A DNA stretch of 64,000 nucleotides from IMG/VR virus record IMGVR_UViG_3300035661_000050; one strand, written 5' to 3'. This DNA is from a virus. Below the pieces are notes generated by a model. It made no database searches. It was not told the origin of the DNA and saw only the letters and a program-made list of their open reading frames with translations. Positions 38,281 to 47,753 of the stretch are shown here, piece after piece. Within the stretch, counting starts at the first letter, position 1, and each line of letters begins with the position of its first letter. The position numbers were made by a program, and so were the translations under genes.

Positions 38281-38464
38281 GTCCCAAATATTTGCTAATT
38301 TTGGGACATAAATGTAGCATAAATCATTCACTATCAACAAAACAAGGGCTTAATGATTGAAATATGCTACATAACTGGTCATATAAGGGCAAAAAATGCC
38401 CTTGTTGAGTAGTATAAGGGTAAAAATTACACTTTAACAAATAATATTGTGGAAAATATTCCAC
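38281..38464 (+). ncRNA. Structured non-coding stretch (three perfect hairpins) in 415-bp gene-free gap; candidate sRNA / regulatory RNA or operator cluster
   Basis: GTCCCAAA-N11-TTTGGGAC (38281-38307), AAGGGCA-aaaaa-TGCCCTT (38385-38403), GTGGAA-aata-TTCCAC (38449-38464). No ORF of 60 aa or more on either strand. Confidence 0.3.
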
Positions 38465-38614
38465 TAAAATGAACGAATAGTGGAAAATAACCAACAGTTT
38501 TACGGAATATAACCGATATAGTTTACAAAATTTGACAACTTAGTACTATTAATGCCTAAAACTTATTAAATTTAAACCATTTCGTTGACATCACCAATAT
38601 GATAAATTTATAAT

Positions 38615-38809
38615 ATGACACCAAAAGAGAAAGCAGAAGAACTAAAAGAAAAATTTGATGGTTACATCTGTTATGCTGAAGCAACAGTAGATGAAATAAT
38701 TAAAGTTGTAGAAGAAATATGTGATGATAGAGGATATGATCCTTTTGAAGCTCCATTATATACATTAAATTATTATAAAGAAGTAAAACAAGAAATAGAA
38801 AAGTTATGA
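38615..38809 (+). CDS. Hypothetical acidic protein (64 aa)
   Basis: ORF. Confidence 0.45.
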   Translation: MTPKEKAEELKEKFDGYICYAEATVDEIIKVVEEICDDRGYDPFEAPLYTLNYYKEVKQEIEKL

Positions 38810-39051
38810 AAGGACATCTATACAAAAAGAAACAACCTGAAGGATGGTATGTAGCATACGATATTGATGGGTTTACAAAAGCAGAGCTTCCCTTACATCC
38901 AGATGATATCAAACAAATAAACAGGGATGCACAAGTGTTTGATAATATAGAGGCTAGAATAGCTGCCTATCCTGAAGTGGAATTTGATTGGTTTGTTATA
39001 GTACAACCTGATGGCAAGGGTAAAGAATATGCTAAACTTTTAAACCATTAA
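38806..39051 (+). CDS. Hypothetical protein (81 aa)
   Basis: ORF with ATGA overlap. Confidence 0.5.
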   Translation: MKGHLYKKKQPEGWYVAYDIDGFTKAELPLHPDDIKQINRDAQVFDNIEARIAAYPEVEFDWFVIVQPDGKGKEYAKLLNH

Positions 39052-39061
39052 ACCAAAAACA

Positions 39062-39262
39062 ATGAAACAAACAGCAGTAGAATGGTTATTTCAAGAACTA
39101 TGGGATACTTCAAAAGACAAGTTGACTTGGTATAGTATTTTAGAGAAAGCCAAAGAAATGGAATCAGATAGAGAATATGAAATTAAAGCATTTTGGTTTG
39201 GTAGAGGAATAAATGCAGGTAGAGAAAACAAAATTGAAGAACTTAAACCTAAAAAAGATTAA
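39062..39262 (+). CDS. Hypothetical protein (66 aa)
   Basis: ORF. Confidence 0.45.
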   Translation: MKQTAVEWLFQELWDTSKDKLTWYSILEKAKEMESDREYEIKAFWFGRGINAGRENKIEELKPKKD

Positions 39263-39264
39263 TT

Positions 39265-39804
39265 ATGACATCAATAGAATGGTTAGCTAAAGAATTGGAA
39301 TCACATGGAGATCCTCAGTATTGTGAATTAGAATGGAAAACATTAGCTTTATTAATTGACCAAGCCAAAGAAATGCACAAGCAAGAGGTAATAGATGCAT
39401 ATTTTGAAGGTGCATATGGTGGAGATAATATAAGTGGAGAACAATACTATCAAGAAACATTTGTAAGTAAGGGAAGTGGTATGTCGGAAAAACCGAATAA
39501 CCACATAGACAGAACTTGTACTAATAGTTGTTCAGTAGTATGTGGAGAATGTCAACTTCCAATTCCCCAAACAGAAATATCAGATAAATCTTGGGAAGGT
39601 TGTGATGGTTGTACAGAACAAGATGAGATTATGTACAAGAATGGATATGCAAAAGGATATAATGCTGCCATAGCTGAACCTCCTAAAGAAATATCAGATG
39701 AAGAAATAACTAAGTTGGCTAATGAACATATCTTATACAATGATTCTAAAAGACAATGGGTTATAGAAGGTATGAAACTTTATAGAGAACAATTAAAACA
39801 ATGA
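39265..39804 (+). CDS. Hypothetical protein with Cys cluster (179 aa; CTNSCSVVCGEC ... CDGC)
   Basis: ORF with zinc-binding-like motif. Confidence 0.5.
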   Translation: MTSIEWLAKELESHGDPQYCELEWKTLALLIDQAKEMHKQEVIDAYFEGAYGGDNISGEQYYQETFVSKGSGMSEKPNNHIDRTCTNSCSVVCGECQLPIPQTEISDKSWEGCDGCTEQDEIMYKNGYAKGYNAAIAEPPKEISDEEITKLANEHILYNDSKRQWVIEGMKLYREQLKQ

Positions 39805-39814
39805 TAATTTCCTA

Positions 39815-39880
39815 TTATAATGTGATTTAGCACTTTTAATGATGAAAAAAGCTAAATAAATACAATAAATCACATTATAA
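39815..39880. repeat. 15-bp perfect inverted repeat TTATAATGTGATTTA / TAAATCACATTATAA with 36-nt spacer
   Basis: Seen directly, 10 nt after the stop of the preceding gene. Confidence 0.55.
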
Positions 39881-39921
39881 AATAAAACCGTTCCAATTTA
39901 TAACAGTTTAAATAAAATACA

Positions 39922-40092
39922 ATGAAAAGACTTAAAACATCATATTTTATAAAATCAGATAGTTGCAAAGATTGTCACGAACTTATAATTATTCATAGAC
40001 GTTTTAAAAAACAGTCTAAAATTAGACGTGTTATGTGGATTGCTAGTGCTATCAAATGGGACCATGCTTTACAACTAAAACTAAATCAATAA
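39922..40092 (+). CDS. Small basic Cys/His protein (56 aa; CKDCHE) not in ORF track
   Basis: Hand-translated MKRLKTSYFIKSDSCKDCHELIIIHRRFKKQSKIRRVMWIASAIKWDHALQLKLNQ. Confidence 0.3.
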   Translation: MKRLKTSYFIKSDSCKDCHELIIIHRRFKKQSKIRRVMWIASAIKWDHALQLKLNQ

Positions 40093-40095
40093 GTT

Positions 40096-40290
40096 ATGAC
40101 AGAAGAACTTTATTCTTATTTATTCCATTATAACCACCATACAGGTCTTTGGAGTGCTATTCCAAGAGAAAAACATGATGAATATTGGAATGATGCTAAA
40201 TCAAAAGGTATTCTTAGATCAAAGAGTATTGGAACATTAATTACACTTATTAATAAGGGTGATGATTTCATTAAAAAAATTAAGAAATGA
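40096..40290 (+). CDS. Hypothetical protein (64 aa)
   Basis: ORF. Confidence 0.45.
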   Translation: MTEELYSYLFHYNHHTGLWSAIPREKHDEYWNDAKSKGILRSKSIGTLITLINKGDDFIKKIKK

Positions 40291-40484
40291 AAAAGAAGAA
40301 ATATAAATATGACAAGGATAAAATGATTAAATTATTTAAGGAAGAAGGTTTTTCAGATGAAGAAATAAAAAAACATTTTGAACAGAAGAAAAATTTAGAG
40401 ATTGAAAGAAAGAAGTTAATCAAAAAACAAAAAGAAAAACCTCTTGCAAGAATATTTAATGGTCTTAACACAAATGCAATATAA
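40287..40484 (+). CDS. Small highly basic Lys-rich protein (65 aa)
   Basis: MKKKKYKYDKDK... ATGA overlap. Confidence 0.45.
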   Translation: MKKKKYKYDKDKMIKLFKEEGFSDEEIKKHFEQKKNLEIERKKLIKKQKEKPLARIFNGLNTNAI

Positions 40485-40485
40485 T

Positions 40486-42441
40486 ATGAAAATAGTAACC
40501 TATGATATAGAAACCCTTAAAGAGTGTTTTCTTGTAGTTTGTTATATTCCTGGACATGATCATAAAGTGTTTCAGGTGAGCAAATGGAAGAATGAGCTTG
40601 ATGCATTCATACGCTTTACAGAGAAGTTTAATGATCACTATTGGGTGGGATATAATAATCTTAGGTTTGATAGTCAAGTGTTAGAATGGATCTTTGCTAA
40701 TTATGAGAATTGGAATGATGACAGTAGGCTAGAAATATGTGCTAAAATAGCTCAGAAAGCAGCTGATGTTATTCATGATGCTAATTATGATGTATTTCCT
40801 GAATATAGAGAAGAACAGCTCAGTCTTAAACAAATAGATTTATTCAAGATTAACCATTTTGACAATAAAAACAGACGCGTTTCATTAAAGAGATTAGAGT
40901 TTGAGATGGATCTTGAGAACATTGAGGAAATGCCTATTCACCATAACAGAGAAAACCTAACAGAAGATGAAGTTAAAACTATTGAGAATTATTGTATTAA
41001 CGATGTTATTGCTACTTACAATTTTTACCTCATTACTACTGGTGTATGTGAACATCCTCTTTACAAAGGTAATAATCAGATAGAGCTGAGACAGGATATA
41101 GAAGCTGAATTTGGTATTCCTTGTTTAAATTATTCTGATAGTAAGATAGGAGATGAGATGATTAAGAAGTATTATTGTCAAGAGAAAGGAATAGAATATA
41201 CAAAACTACCTAAGAAAGGATATTTTAGAAGGAACATAAATGTAGCTAAATGTATAGCTGAATATGTAACATTTAAAACTCCTGAGCTTCAGGGATTCCT
41301 TAATACAATAAAGAAACTTAATCTTGGACTTCAAGATGATTTTAAAGAGAACATAAACTTCTATAACAATGTCTATACATTTGCAAAAGGTGGGCTGCAT
41401 ACAGAAAACGGTCCTAAAGTATTTGAAGCTGATGAAGATCATTCCATCGTTGATTGGGATGTTTCTAGTTATTATCCTGCTATCATTATTAACAATGGTC
41501 GTTACCCTCAGCACCTTGGTAAAGAATTCCTATCAGGATATAAAAAGATGTTTGACAAAAGGCTAGAGCTCAAGCCATTAGCTAAGAAAGATAAACGTAT
41601 TAAGGGTATTGTAGGAGCACTAAAGCTTGCAGTTAATAGTGTATACGGTAAGAGTTCTGACATGCAGAATTGGATATATGACAGACAGCTCACTATGTTC
41701 ACCACTATAACAGGAGAACTATCCTTATTAATGCTTATTGAGGAATATGAATTAAATGGTATACATGTAATATCTGCTAATACAGATGGTGTCACTGTGA
41801 TAATATCAAATGATCTTATAGATAAGATGCATGAGATAAATAAATGGTGGATGAACATCACTACATATGAGCTAGAACGCACTGATTATCAGAAGATTAT
41901 ATTCTCAACAGTTAATGACTATTTAGCAATTAAAACAGATGGAGAAATTAAAAAGAAAGGGGATTTCCTCACAGATTTTGAATTACATAAAAACAAATCA
42001 GCCAGGATTGTACCATTGGCTCTCGAACAATATTTTGTTCATAATATACCTGTTGAGCATACTATTAGGAGTCATACTAATATCTTTGACTTCTGTTTAA
42101 GACAGAAAGCATCTAAAGATTTCCATTATGAAGGAATAATAAGATCTACAGGAGAGAAAACAATATACAACAAGCTGATAAGATATTATATATCTAATTC
42201 TGGACAGAAGCTTCTTAAAATTAAAAACCCTGAATGTCAATCTAATGCAGCATCTATTTCACAAGTGGAAGCAGGAGAGTGGCTTGCAACAGTTTGCAAC
42301 CACCTTTCTAAAGATCATCCTCTAGATAACATTAATCATAGCTATTATATAGAACGCTGTGAGAGGTTAATAAGTAAAATTGTTACAGAGGGTAAGAAAA
42401 GAAGAATTATTGTAAACCCAAATCAAACTTCTTTGTTTTAG
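40486..42441 (+). CDS. polB: DNA polymerase, family B (651 aa) with 3'-5' exonuclease domain
   Basis: Exo I YDIETL, Exo II GYNNLRFDSQVL, Exo III YCINDVIATYN. Pol motif A DWDVSSYYPAIII, motif B KLAVNSVYGKS, motif C ISANTDGVTV. Start moved to ATG 40486 (the track start is a TTG). Confidence 0.7.
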   Translation: MKIVTYDIETLKECFLVVCYIPGHDHKVFQVSKWKNELDAFIRFTEKFNDHYWVGYNNLRFDSQVLEWIFANYENWNDDSRLEICAKIAQKAADVIHDANYDVFPEYREEQLSLKQIDLFKINHFDNKNRRVSLKRLEFEMDLENIEEMPIHHNRENLTEDEVKTIENYCINDVIATYNFYLITTGVCEHPLYKGNNQIELRQDIEAEFGIPCLNYSDSKIGDEMIKKYYCQEKGIEYTKLPKKGYFRRNINVAKCIAEYVTFKTPELQGFLNTIKKLNLGLQDDFKENINFYNNVYTFAKGGLHTENGPKVFEADEDHSIVDWDVSSYYPAIIINNGRYPQHLGKEFLSGYKKMFDKRLELKPLAKKDKRIKGIVGALKLAVNSVYGKSSDMQNWIYDRQLTMFTTITGELSLLMLIEEYELNGIHVISANTDGVTVIISNDLIDKMHEINKWWMNITTYELERTDYQKIIFSTVNDYLAIKTDGEIKKKGDFLTDFELHKNKSARIVPLALEQYFVHNIPVEHTIRSHTNIFDFCLRQKASKDFHYEGIIRSTGEKTIYNKLIRYYISNSGQKLLKIKNPECQSNAASISQVEAGEWLATVCNHLSKDHPLDNINHSYYIERCERLISKIVTEGKKRRIIVNPNQTSLF

Positions 42442-42458
42442 TATATTTTTAGTATATT

Positions 42459-42478
42459 TGCGTATCAATGCGTATCAA
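42459..42478. repeat. Tandem direct repeat GCGTATCAAT x2 spanning the start codon of ORF 42468
   Basis: Seen directly. Confidence 0.5.
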
Positions 42479-42719
42479 TCGTTTAAATATTGGGGATCAT
42501 TTATTGGAATACCAGCTAAAGCTTGCAGGTAAAACTATGGCTGATGCTCTAAAAGACACTATGTGGTTCTTTAATTGGACCATTACAGAGGAACAATATA
42601 AACAATATAAAGGATATGCTATTCCTCTAATAAAAAAGATATTTAAATGTAATAAGGCTAGAGCAGAAGAAACATTTGGTTGGTTCAATTTAAACTTTGG
42701 ACTTCGCATAAAAGATTAA
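42468..42719 (+). CDS. Hypothetical protein (83 aa)
   Basis: ORF. Confidence 0.45.
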   Translation: MRINRLNIGDHLLEYQLKLAGKTMADALKDTMWFFNWTITEEQYKQYKGYAIPLIKKIFKCNKARAEETFGWFNLNFGLRIKD

Positions 42720-42721
42720 CT

Positions 42722-43051
42722 ATGAAACATTTAAGAATAGTCCTCCAACTAATAATTGGGGGACTTTTACTTTTAGGAAGTTGTTCAGCTCCTAAGAAGG
42801 TATTATCTCCTGAAACTCCAACACATGATTATATAGAAATAGATGGAGAAATGATTGAGCTAGTGCTAGACGAATATGGTGATATATACACCAAACAACA
42901 TATAGGCAGTGATGTCATATATATTCCTTTTACATTCAATGATTGGGATGAAGAACAAGGAAACAAATCTATTCACATTAAAAATCAAAACAATGGGAGC
43001 AACACGATTTCACGAATCAGGAAGAGGAAAATCTGCACAAGAAGTTTATAG
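42722..43051 (+). CDS. Lipoprotein (lipobox LLGSC; about 109 aa)
   Basis: MKHLRIVLQLIIGGLLLLGSCSAPKK.. signal plus lipobox. Start moved to ATG 42722. Confidence 0.5.
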   Translation: MKHLRIVLQLIIGGLLLLGSCSAPKKVLSPETPTHDYIEIDGEMIELVLDEYGDIYTKQHIGSDVIYIPFTFNDWDEEQGNKSIHIKNQNNGSNTISRIRKRKICTRSL

Positions 43052-43538
43052 TAAACTAGTAAATGAAGCAGAATATGAAAATGGGCATGATTGCTATAAT
43101 GGAACTATTAGTACCACTGCTGGATTTCATGATGTTACAAAAGAATGGAAAGCTAGCAAAAAAGGTCTTGATAGTTATATTAGTGCAATGCTTAATGATG
43201 CAAAAAAATATGATTGTTTTTGCATATGTATACGCAATGCTGTAGAGAATAAGAATAAAACTAAGTCTCAAGTGGAACATATAGTTACACCAGGTACAAA
43301 GAAATGGGTGTTAAAATATGTTGTATATAATTTTGATGATCAATTAGGTTCTTATAATACAAAAGGTGAAGCTGTTAAAGCTGCAAGAGCTTATACAGAG
43401 AAAACACAAAAACGTACAAGTATTGTAATGGAAAAGAAACTTGAGAAGGGTGGTTCACAAGTGGCAACAATTACATATAAAACCTCAACTACAGAAAAAG
43501 ATGGTGAATATGTATTCTTTGGATATGCAGGAGAATAA
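42993..43538 (+). CDS. Hypothetical protein (about 181 aa; MGATRFHESGRG..)
   Basis: Long ORF. Start chosen at internal Met to limit overlap with the lipoprotein gene. Start uncertain. Confidence 0.45.
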   Translation: MGATRFHESGRGKSAQEVYSKLVNEAEYENGHDCYNGTISTTAGFHDVTKEWKASKKGLDSYISAMLNDAKKYDCFCICIRNAVENKNKTKSQVEHIVTPGTKKWVLKYVVYNFDDQLGSYNTKGEAVKAARAYTEKTQKRTSIVMEKKLEKGGSQVATITYKTSTTEKDGEYVFFGYAGE

Positions 43539-43559
43539 TAAACCTTAAAAATTAATTTT

Positions 43560-43751
43560 ATGAAAAACGAAGATTTTGAAATGGAAGCTCAAAAAGATTT
43601 AATATATTTGCTAGAAGAGCAGAAGCTTCTTGAAGAAGAATTGATGAGAGAGATGTATGCTGAGAAAAGAAAAGAAGCTAAGATTACAGTTATTGATGCT
43701 AGTAAAATCCCAAAAAGAGATGAAAATAGATCTGAAGTTCTACCATTTTGA
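43560..43751 (+). CDS. Hypothetical coiled-coil protein (63 aa)
   Basis: ORF. Confidence 0.4.
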   Translation: MKNEDFEMEAQKDLIYLLEEQKLLEEELMREMYAEKRKEAKITVIDASKIPKRDENRSEVLPF

Positions 43752-44340
43752 ACAACTTATTAAAAATGGATATACACTTGACATGGTGTATCTACTTACG
43801 CTAATTGAAGAACATGAGATGGAAATCTTATGTTGTAAGATGCCTAAGATGGAAGCATTGTGTCAAGCTATAAAAAGAAAAGGATTAGTGACAGATGAAT
43901 TTAAGCTTACAACAGCAGGCAAAGATCTTCTTACATTCCTTAATACAGAAACTCAGGAAGTGTTAGTTAAGAAGAAGCCTAAAGAGGAATCTTTTGAAAC
44001 ATGGTGGAAAACCTATCCTGGAACAGATACATTTACATATAAAGAAAAGTCTTTTACAGGAACTAGAGGTCTTAGACAAAAGAAAGATGATTGTAAGCTT
44101 AAGTTTAACAAGATTTTGAATGAGGGAGAATATACAGCAGAAGATCTTATTGCATCTCTTGAATATGAATTAAAACAAAAGAAAGAGAATTCTATTAAAA
44201 CAAAGAGCAATAAGCTAAGCTTCATGCAAAATAGCTTCACCTATCTCAATCAAAGAACATTTGAACCATTCATTGAATTAATTAAAGAGGGTAAAGAAAT
44301 TAAAGAAACAAACCAAGTGCAAGGGGGCACTGATATATGA
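43720..44340 (+). CDS. Hypothetical protein (about 206 aa) preceding helicase; possible helicase-loader/initiator (speculative)
   Basis: ORF whose stop overlaps the DnaB-like start (ATGA). No motif recognised. Confidence 0.4.
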   Translation: MKIDLKFYHFEQLIKNGYTLDMVYLLTLIEEHEMEILCCKMPKMEALCQAIKRKGLVTDEFKLTTAGKDLLTFLNTETQEVLVKKKPKEESFETWWKTYPGTDTFTYKEKSFTGTRGLRQKKDDCKLKFNKILNEGEYTAEDLIASLEYELKQKKENSIKTKSNKLSFMQNSFTYLNQRTFEPFIELIKEGKEIKETNQVQGGTDI

Positions 44341-45398
44341 GTTTTGAACAACTTAAAAATGAAGTGCAATTGGGGCTTGATGGAAGAAACAATGGTATTC
44401 CTATGGGGTTCAACAGATTGAATAGATATATAGGCATTAGAAAGTCTATGTATTTCTTAATAGGTGGACTTACAGGATCTGGTAAAACCTCCTTTATAGA
44501 TGATGCATTTGTTCTCAATCCATTTGATTGGTATATCAATCAGAAAGACCCAAAGATGAAGCTTAGAATAATTTATAGATCTATGGAAAGATCTAGAACA
44601 TATAAGTTTGCTAAATGGGTGAGTAGAAAGATATTCTTAGACCATGGATTTATCATTCCTGTTCCTAAGCTATTAGGATGGACAGAAAAAATGACTCATG
44701 ATGAACATGATCTTTTTCTTATGTATGAGGATTATATGGCAAAGATGGAAGATGTCATCACTATTATTGATGGTCCAGAGAATCCAGTAGGTATTGCTAA
44801 AGAGTTAAAAGCCCACGCTTTACAAAATGGTGAGATTGTTCAATTAGATCAATATAATAAACGTTATGTTCCTGCTAATGAGAATGAAATCACTCTTGTT
44901 GTTCTAGATCATATAGGACTATTGAGAACCACTAAGGACCAACCCACTAAAAAGCAAGCTATTGATAAAATGAGTGATGAGCTCAGATATGCTAGAGATT
45001 TCTATGGGTATACACCTGTAGTGGTTAGTCAGTTTAATAGAGACATTAGTAATCCTATTAGACAGAAGAATGGTGATGTAGAACCTCAGCTTGAGGATTT
45101 TGCAGATAGCAGTTCTACACAAAATGATGCTGATATTGTTCTAGCTCTATTTGATCCTATGAGATATAAAGTGGAAGATCCATCTGGTTATTCTCTGGAT
45201 AAACTAAAGGATGAATATGGTGCTAAATATTTCAGAAGCCTAAGACTAATTAAAAATAGTTATGGGGAAGATGATGTTAGAATTGGTCTTGGATTTATGG
45301 GACAAATTGGTATGTTCAAAGAGCTCCCTAAGAAAAGAGACATGACAGATTCTGATTATCAATCAGTTATAAACAAAACATATTTTTTAAATAAATAA
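44337..45398 (+). CDS. DnaB-like replicative helicase (RecA-fold C-terminal domain; 353 aa)
   Basis: Walker A GGLTGSGKTSF. Walker B-like LVVLDHIGLL. ..VVVSQFNRD.. arginine-finger region typical of the DnaB C-terminal domain. Confidence 0.6.
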   Translation: MSFEQLKNEVQLGLDGRNNGIPMGFNRLNRYIGIRKSMYFLIGGLTGSGKTSFIDDAFVLNPFDWYINQKDPKMKLRIIYRSMERSRTYKFAKWVSRKIFLDHGFIIPVPKLLGWTEKMTHDEHDLFLMYEDYMAKMEDVITIIDGPENPVGIAKELKAHALQNGEIVQLDQYNKRYVPANENEITLVVLDHIGLLRTTKDQPTKKQAIDKMSDELRYARDFYGYTPVVVSQFNRDISNPIRQKNGDVEPQLEDFADSSSTQNDADIVLALFDPMRYKVEDPSGYSLDKLKDEYGAKYFRSLRLIKNSYGEDDVRIGLGFMGQIGMFKELPKKRDMTDSDYQSVINKTYFLNK

Positions 45399-45401
45399 AT
45401 T

Positions 45402-45542
45402 ATGAAAGAATATACGGTATGGGTAGGAGGAGTAGAAGTTAATGACTATTATCTTACAAAGGAGGAAGCTGAAAATTTAGCTTTTGAATATAAAGATGAA
45501 GGATATGATGATGTAATAATTGAAAAAATAAATAAATTATGA
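45402..45542 (+). CDS. Mini-protein (46 aa; MKEYTVWVGGVEVNDYYLTKEEAENLAFEYKDEGYDDVII..) not in ORF track
   Basis: Hand-translated. Starts 4 nt after the helicase stop. Confidence 0.35.
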   Translation: MKEYTVWVGGVEVNDYYLTKEEAENLAFEYKDEGYDDVIIEKINKL

Positions 45543-45605
45543 AAATAAACACAGTTAGGTTTAATACCTACCCTAATAATAAAGATCATTTTAAACAAAT
45601 AGTGT

Positions 45606-45794
45606 ATGGAAAAGAAAAAGACAGCAATACAAAAAATGTATTATGATATAATGAATCAATTAGAGAAATCTGTTCAACATTATACAGACATTGAAAAGAA
45701 GCTCCTTGAAGAAGCTTATAATGCAGGAACTAATGCAGAATATGAATCTGCAGAACTATACATCCAAACATTTGAAGATGACATTAAGAGATAA
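45606..45794 (+). CDS. Hypothetical protein (62 aa)
   Basis: ORF. Confidence 0.4.
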   Translation: MEKKKTAIQKMYYDIMNQLEKSVQHYTDIEKKLLEEAYNAGTNAEYESAELYIQTFEDDIKR

Positions 45795-46854
45795 GAAACA
45801 AAAGGAGTTTGCTACATCATTTATTAATTCAGGAAAGTTTGGTATTCTTCATTTATGCCCTAGATTTGGCAAAACTAGAACAGCAATACATATATTTAAG
45901 GCAATGAAGCCTAAAAAGATTCTTATTGCCTATCCAGATCTTAAGATTAGAGCCTCATGGGAGGCTGATTTAGACATTTTGAGTTATAATGTTGATAACA
46001 TCACCTTTACAACACATTTGTCTCTTAAAAAGCATGTGGATGAGCAATTTGACCTTATTGTTATTGATGAGGTGCATTTATTGTCAGAAGCCCAAATAGA
46101 GGTGTGTAAAGAGCTGTTTGAAACACACAATCATATATTAGGACTATCTGGTACACTTTCTAAACACACTGAAAAAGCACTATCTGATGAGCTAAGTCTT
46201 TATATATTAGCCACTTATACAATAGAAGAAGCTATAGCAGATGGTGTTATTGTTGATTATGAGATTAACATAATAAAGGTTCCTTTAGATGTCTTAAAAA
46301 TAAATGATTATAAAGGAAAGAAAAAGACAGAAAAGAAGGCATTTGATGATTATGGGTGGGTGATAGACTCTTTGGAAAGACAGAATAGAAATACAATGTT
46401 CCTAAGGCTAGCTAGAATGAGGATTATTCAGAATAGCTATGCTAAGTTGTTGAAAACCAAGCAGATATTACAAATGTATAAAAATGAGCGTATTCTTGTG
46501 TTCTGTGGAACAACAAAGATAGCTGATTCTTTAGGCATAGCTTCCCACCATAGCAAATCTACAGAAAAAGAAACATTTACAGATTTTGTTTCTGGAGAGG
46601 GTAATCATATGGCTGTTGTTAAAATTGGAAACACTGGTGTTACTTATAATCCTCTTAACAAGGTGATTATCAATTACTTTGATAGTAATGCTGAAAACCT
46701 AGCTCAAAAGATTAATAGATGTATGGGTATGGAATATGCTACACCAGATAAGAAAGCTCATATTTACATCATTAGCTCTAATGAGGAAGTAGAACTTAAA
46801 TGGCTAAAAAAAGCGTTGGAATTTTTTGATCACTCTAAAATTAAATATTTATGA
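45778..46854 (+). CDS. Superfamily-2 (DEAD/DEAH-like) helicase (about 358 aa)
   Basis: Motif I ..LHLCPRFGKTRTAI... Motif II VIDEVHLL (DEVH). Motif III-like SGTLS. Start set to ATG 45778. Confidence 0.6.
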   Translation: MTLRDKKQKEFATSFINSGKFGILHLCPRFGKTRTAIHIFKAMKPKKILIAYPDLKIRASWEADLDILSYNVDNITFTTHLSLKKHVDEQFDLIVIDEVHLLSEAQIEVCKELFETHNHILGLSGTLSKHTEKALSDELSLYILATYTIEEAIADGVIVDYEINIIKVPLDVLKINDYKGKKKTEKKAFDDYGWVIDSLERQNRNTMFLRLARMRIIQNSYAKLLKTKQILQMYKNERILVFCGTTKIADSLGIASHHSKSTEKETFTDFVSGEGNHMAVVKIGNTGVTYNPLNKVIINYFDSNAENLAQKINRCMGMEYATPDKKAHIYIISSNEEVELKWLKKALEFFDHSKIKYL

Positions 46855-47054
46855 AATTAGAAATTGTAAAGGAAACAAAATGGAATGAGGAGATATGGTA
46901 TTCTATTCTTTTAGATGGTGAATACATTGTGGGTAGTAGCAGTGAAGAAAAACTACTAAAAATTTATAATGATGCCAAAAGTAGTCCAAAAACATTTTTT
47001 GAAACTAAAAAAGAAGTTTTGAAATGTGAAGAAATTGACTTATCTTTGAAATAA
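46851..47054 (+). CDS. Hypothetical protein (67 aa)
   Basis: ORF with ATGA overlap. Confidence 0.4.
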   Translation: MKLEIVKETKWNEEIWYSILLDGEYIVGSSSEEKLLKIYNDAKSSPKTFFETKKEVLKCEEIDLSLK

Positions 47055-47061
47055 AAAAACT

Positions 47062-47733
47062 ATGGCAAGTAAATTAATTGGAATTGTAGGACCAACAGGA
47101 ACAGGAAAGTCAACATCTATCAAACATTTAGATCCAAAGACCACTTACATCATCAATGTTGCAAAGAAGGAGCTTCCCTTCAAAGGTGCAGAAAAACTGT
47201 ACAACACTGATAATAAGAATTACAAAGAAGTGGATGATGCAAATGAAATTACACGTTTGCTAAAAACCATTTCAGAAAAAGCTCCTCACATTAAGAATGT
47301 TATTATTGAAGACTCTAATTACATAATGAGTTTTAATATGATAGCTAAAGCTACAGAAACTGGATATACAAAATTCACTCTGATGGCTAAAGATATGGTG
47401 GAGTTATTCAGAGAAGCTCGTAAGCTTAGAGATGATTTGAAAATATTCTATTTCACTCATCCTGAAACTATTGAAGATGCTGGTGAGATAGTAGGATATA
47501 AAATTAAAACAGCTGGTAAGATGATTGACAATCAAATTGTTCTAGAAGGTCTTCTCTCGATTTGTCTATATACAAACGTAGAAGAGGGTAAGGATGGAAC
47601 TATTACATATTCATTTCTTACAAACAGATTCAAGAAATTCCCTGCTAAAAGTCCAGATGGAATGTTTACTGATGTAAAGATTCCTAACAATTTGCAATAT
47701 GTTGCAGATACAATTGATGAATATTATAATTAA
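47062..47733 (+). CDS. P-loop ATPase, AAA_24/Sak4-like recombination ATPase (223 aa)
   Basis: N-terminal Walker A IGIVGPTGTGKST. Size and architecture typical of phage Sak4-like ATPases. Confidence 0.5.
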   Translation: MASKLIGIVGPTGTGKSTSIKHLDPKTTYIINVAKKELPFKGAEKLYNTDNKNYKEVDDANEITRLLKTISEKAPHIKNVIIEDSNYIMSFNMIAKATETGYTKFTLMAKDMVELFREARKLRDDLKIFYFTHPETIEDAGEIVGYKIKTAGKMIDNQIVLEGLLSICLYTNVEEGKDGTITYSFLTNRFKKFPAKSPDGMFTDVKIPNNLQYVADTIDEYYN

Positions 47734-47734
47734 C

Positions 47735-47745
47735 AATTTAAAACT
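47735..47745 (+). promoter_or_regulatory. Upstream box (a) variant CAATTTAAAAC, 8 nt before ATG 47754
   Basis: Motif core ATTTAAAAC. Confidence 0.4.
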
Positions 47746-47753
47746 AGAAAAAA

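Noticed and set aside
38585-38614. Perfect sigma70-type promoter hexamers TTGACA-N18-TATAAT immediately before ATG 38615
   Set aside because: The -10 element abuts the start codon, so a transcript from it would begin inside the ORF. Bacteroidota sigma-A uses a different consensus. Probably a chance match in AT-rich DNA.
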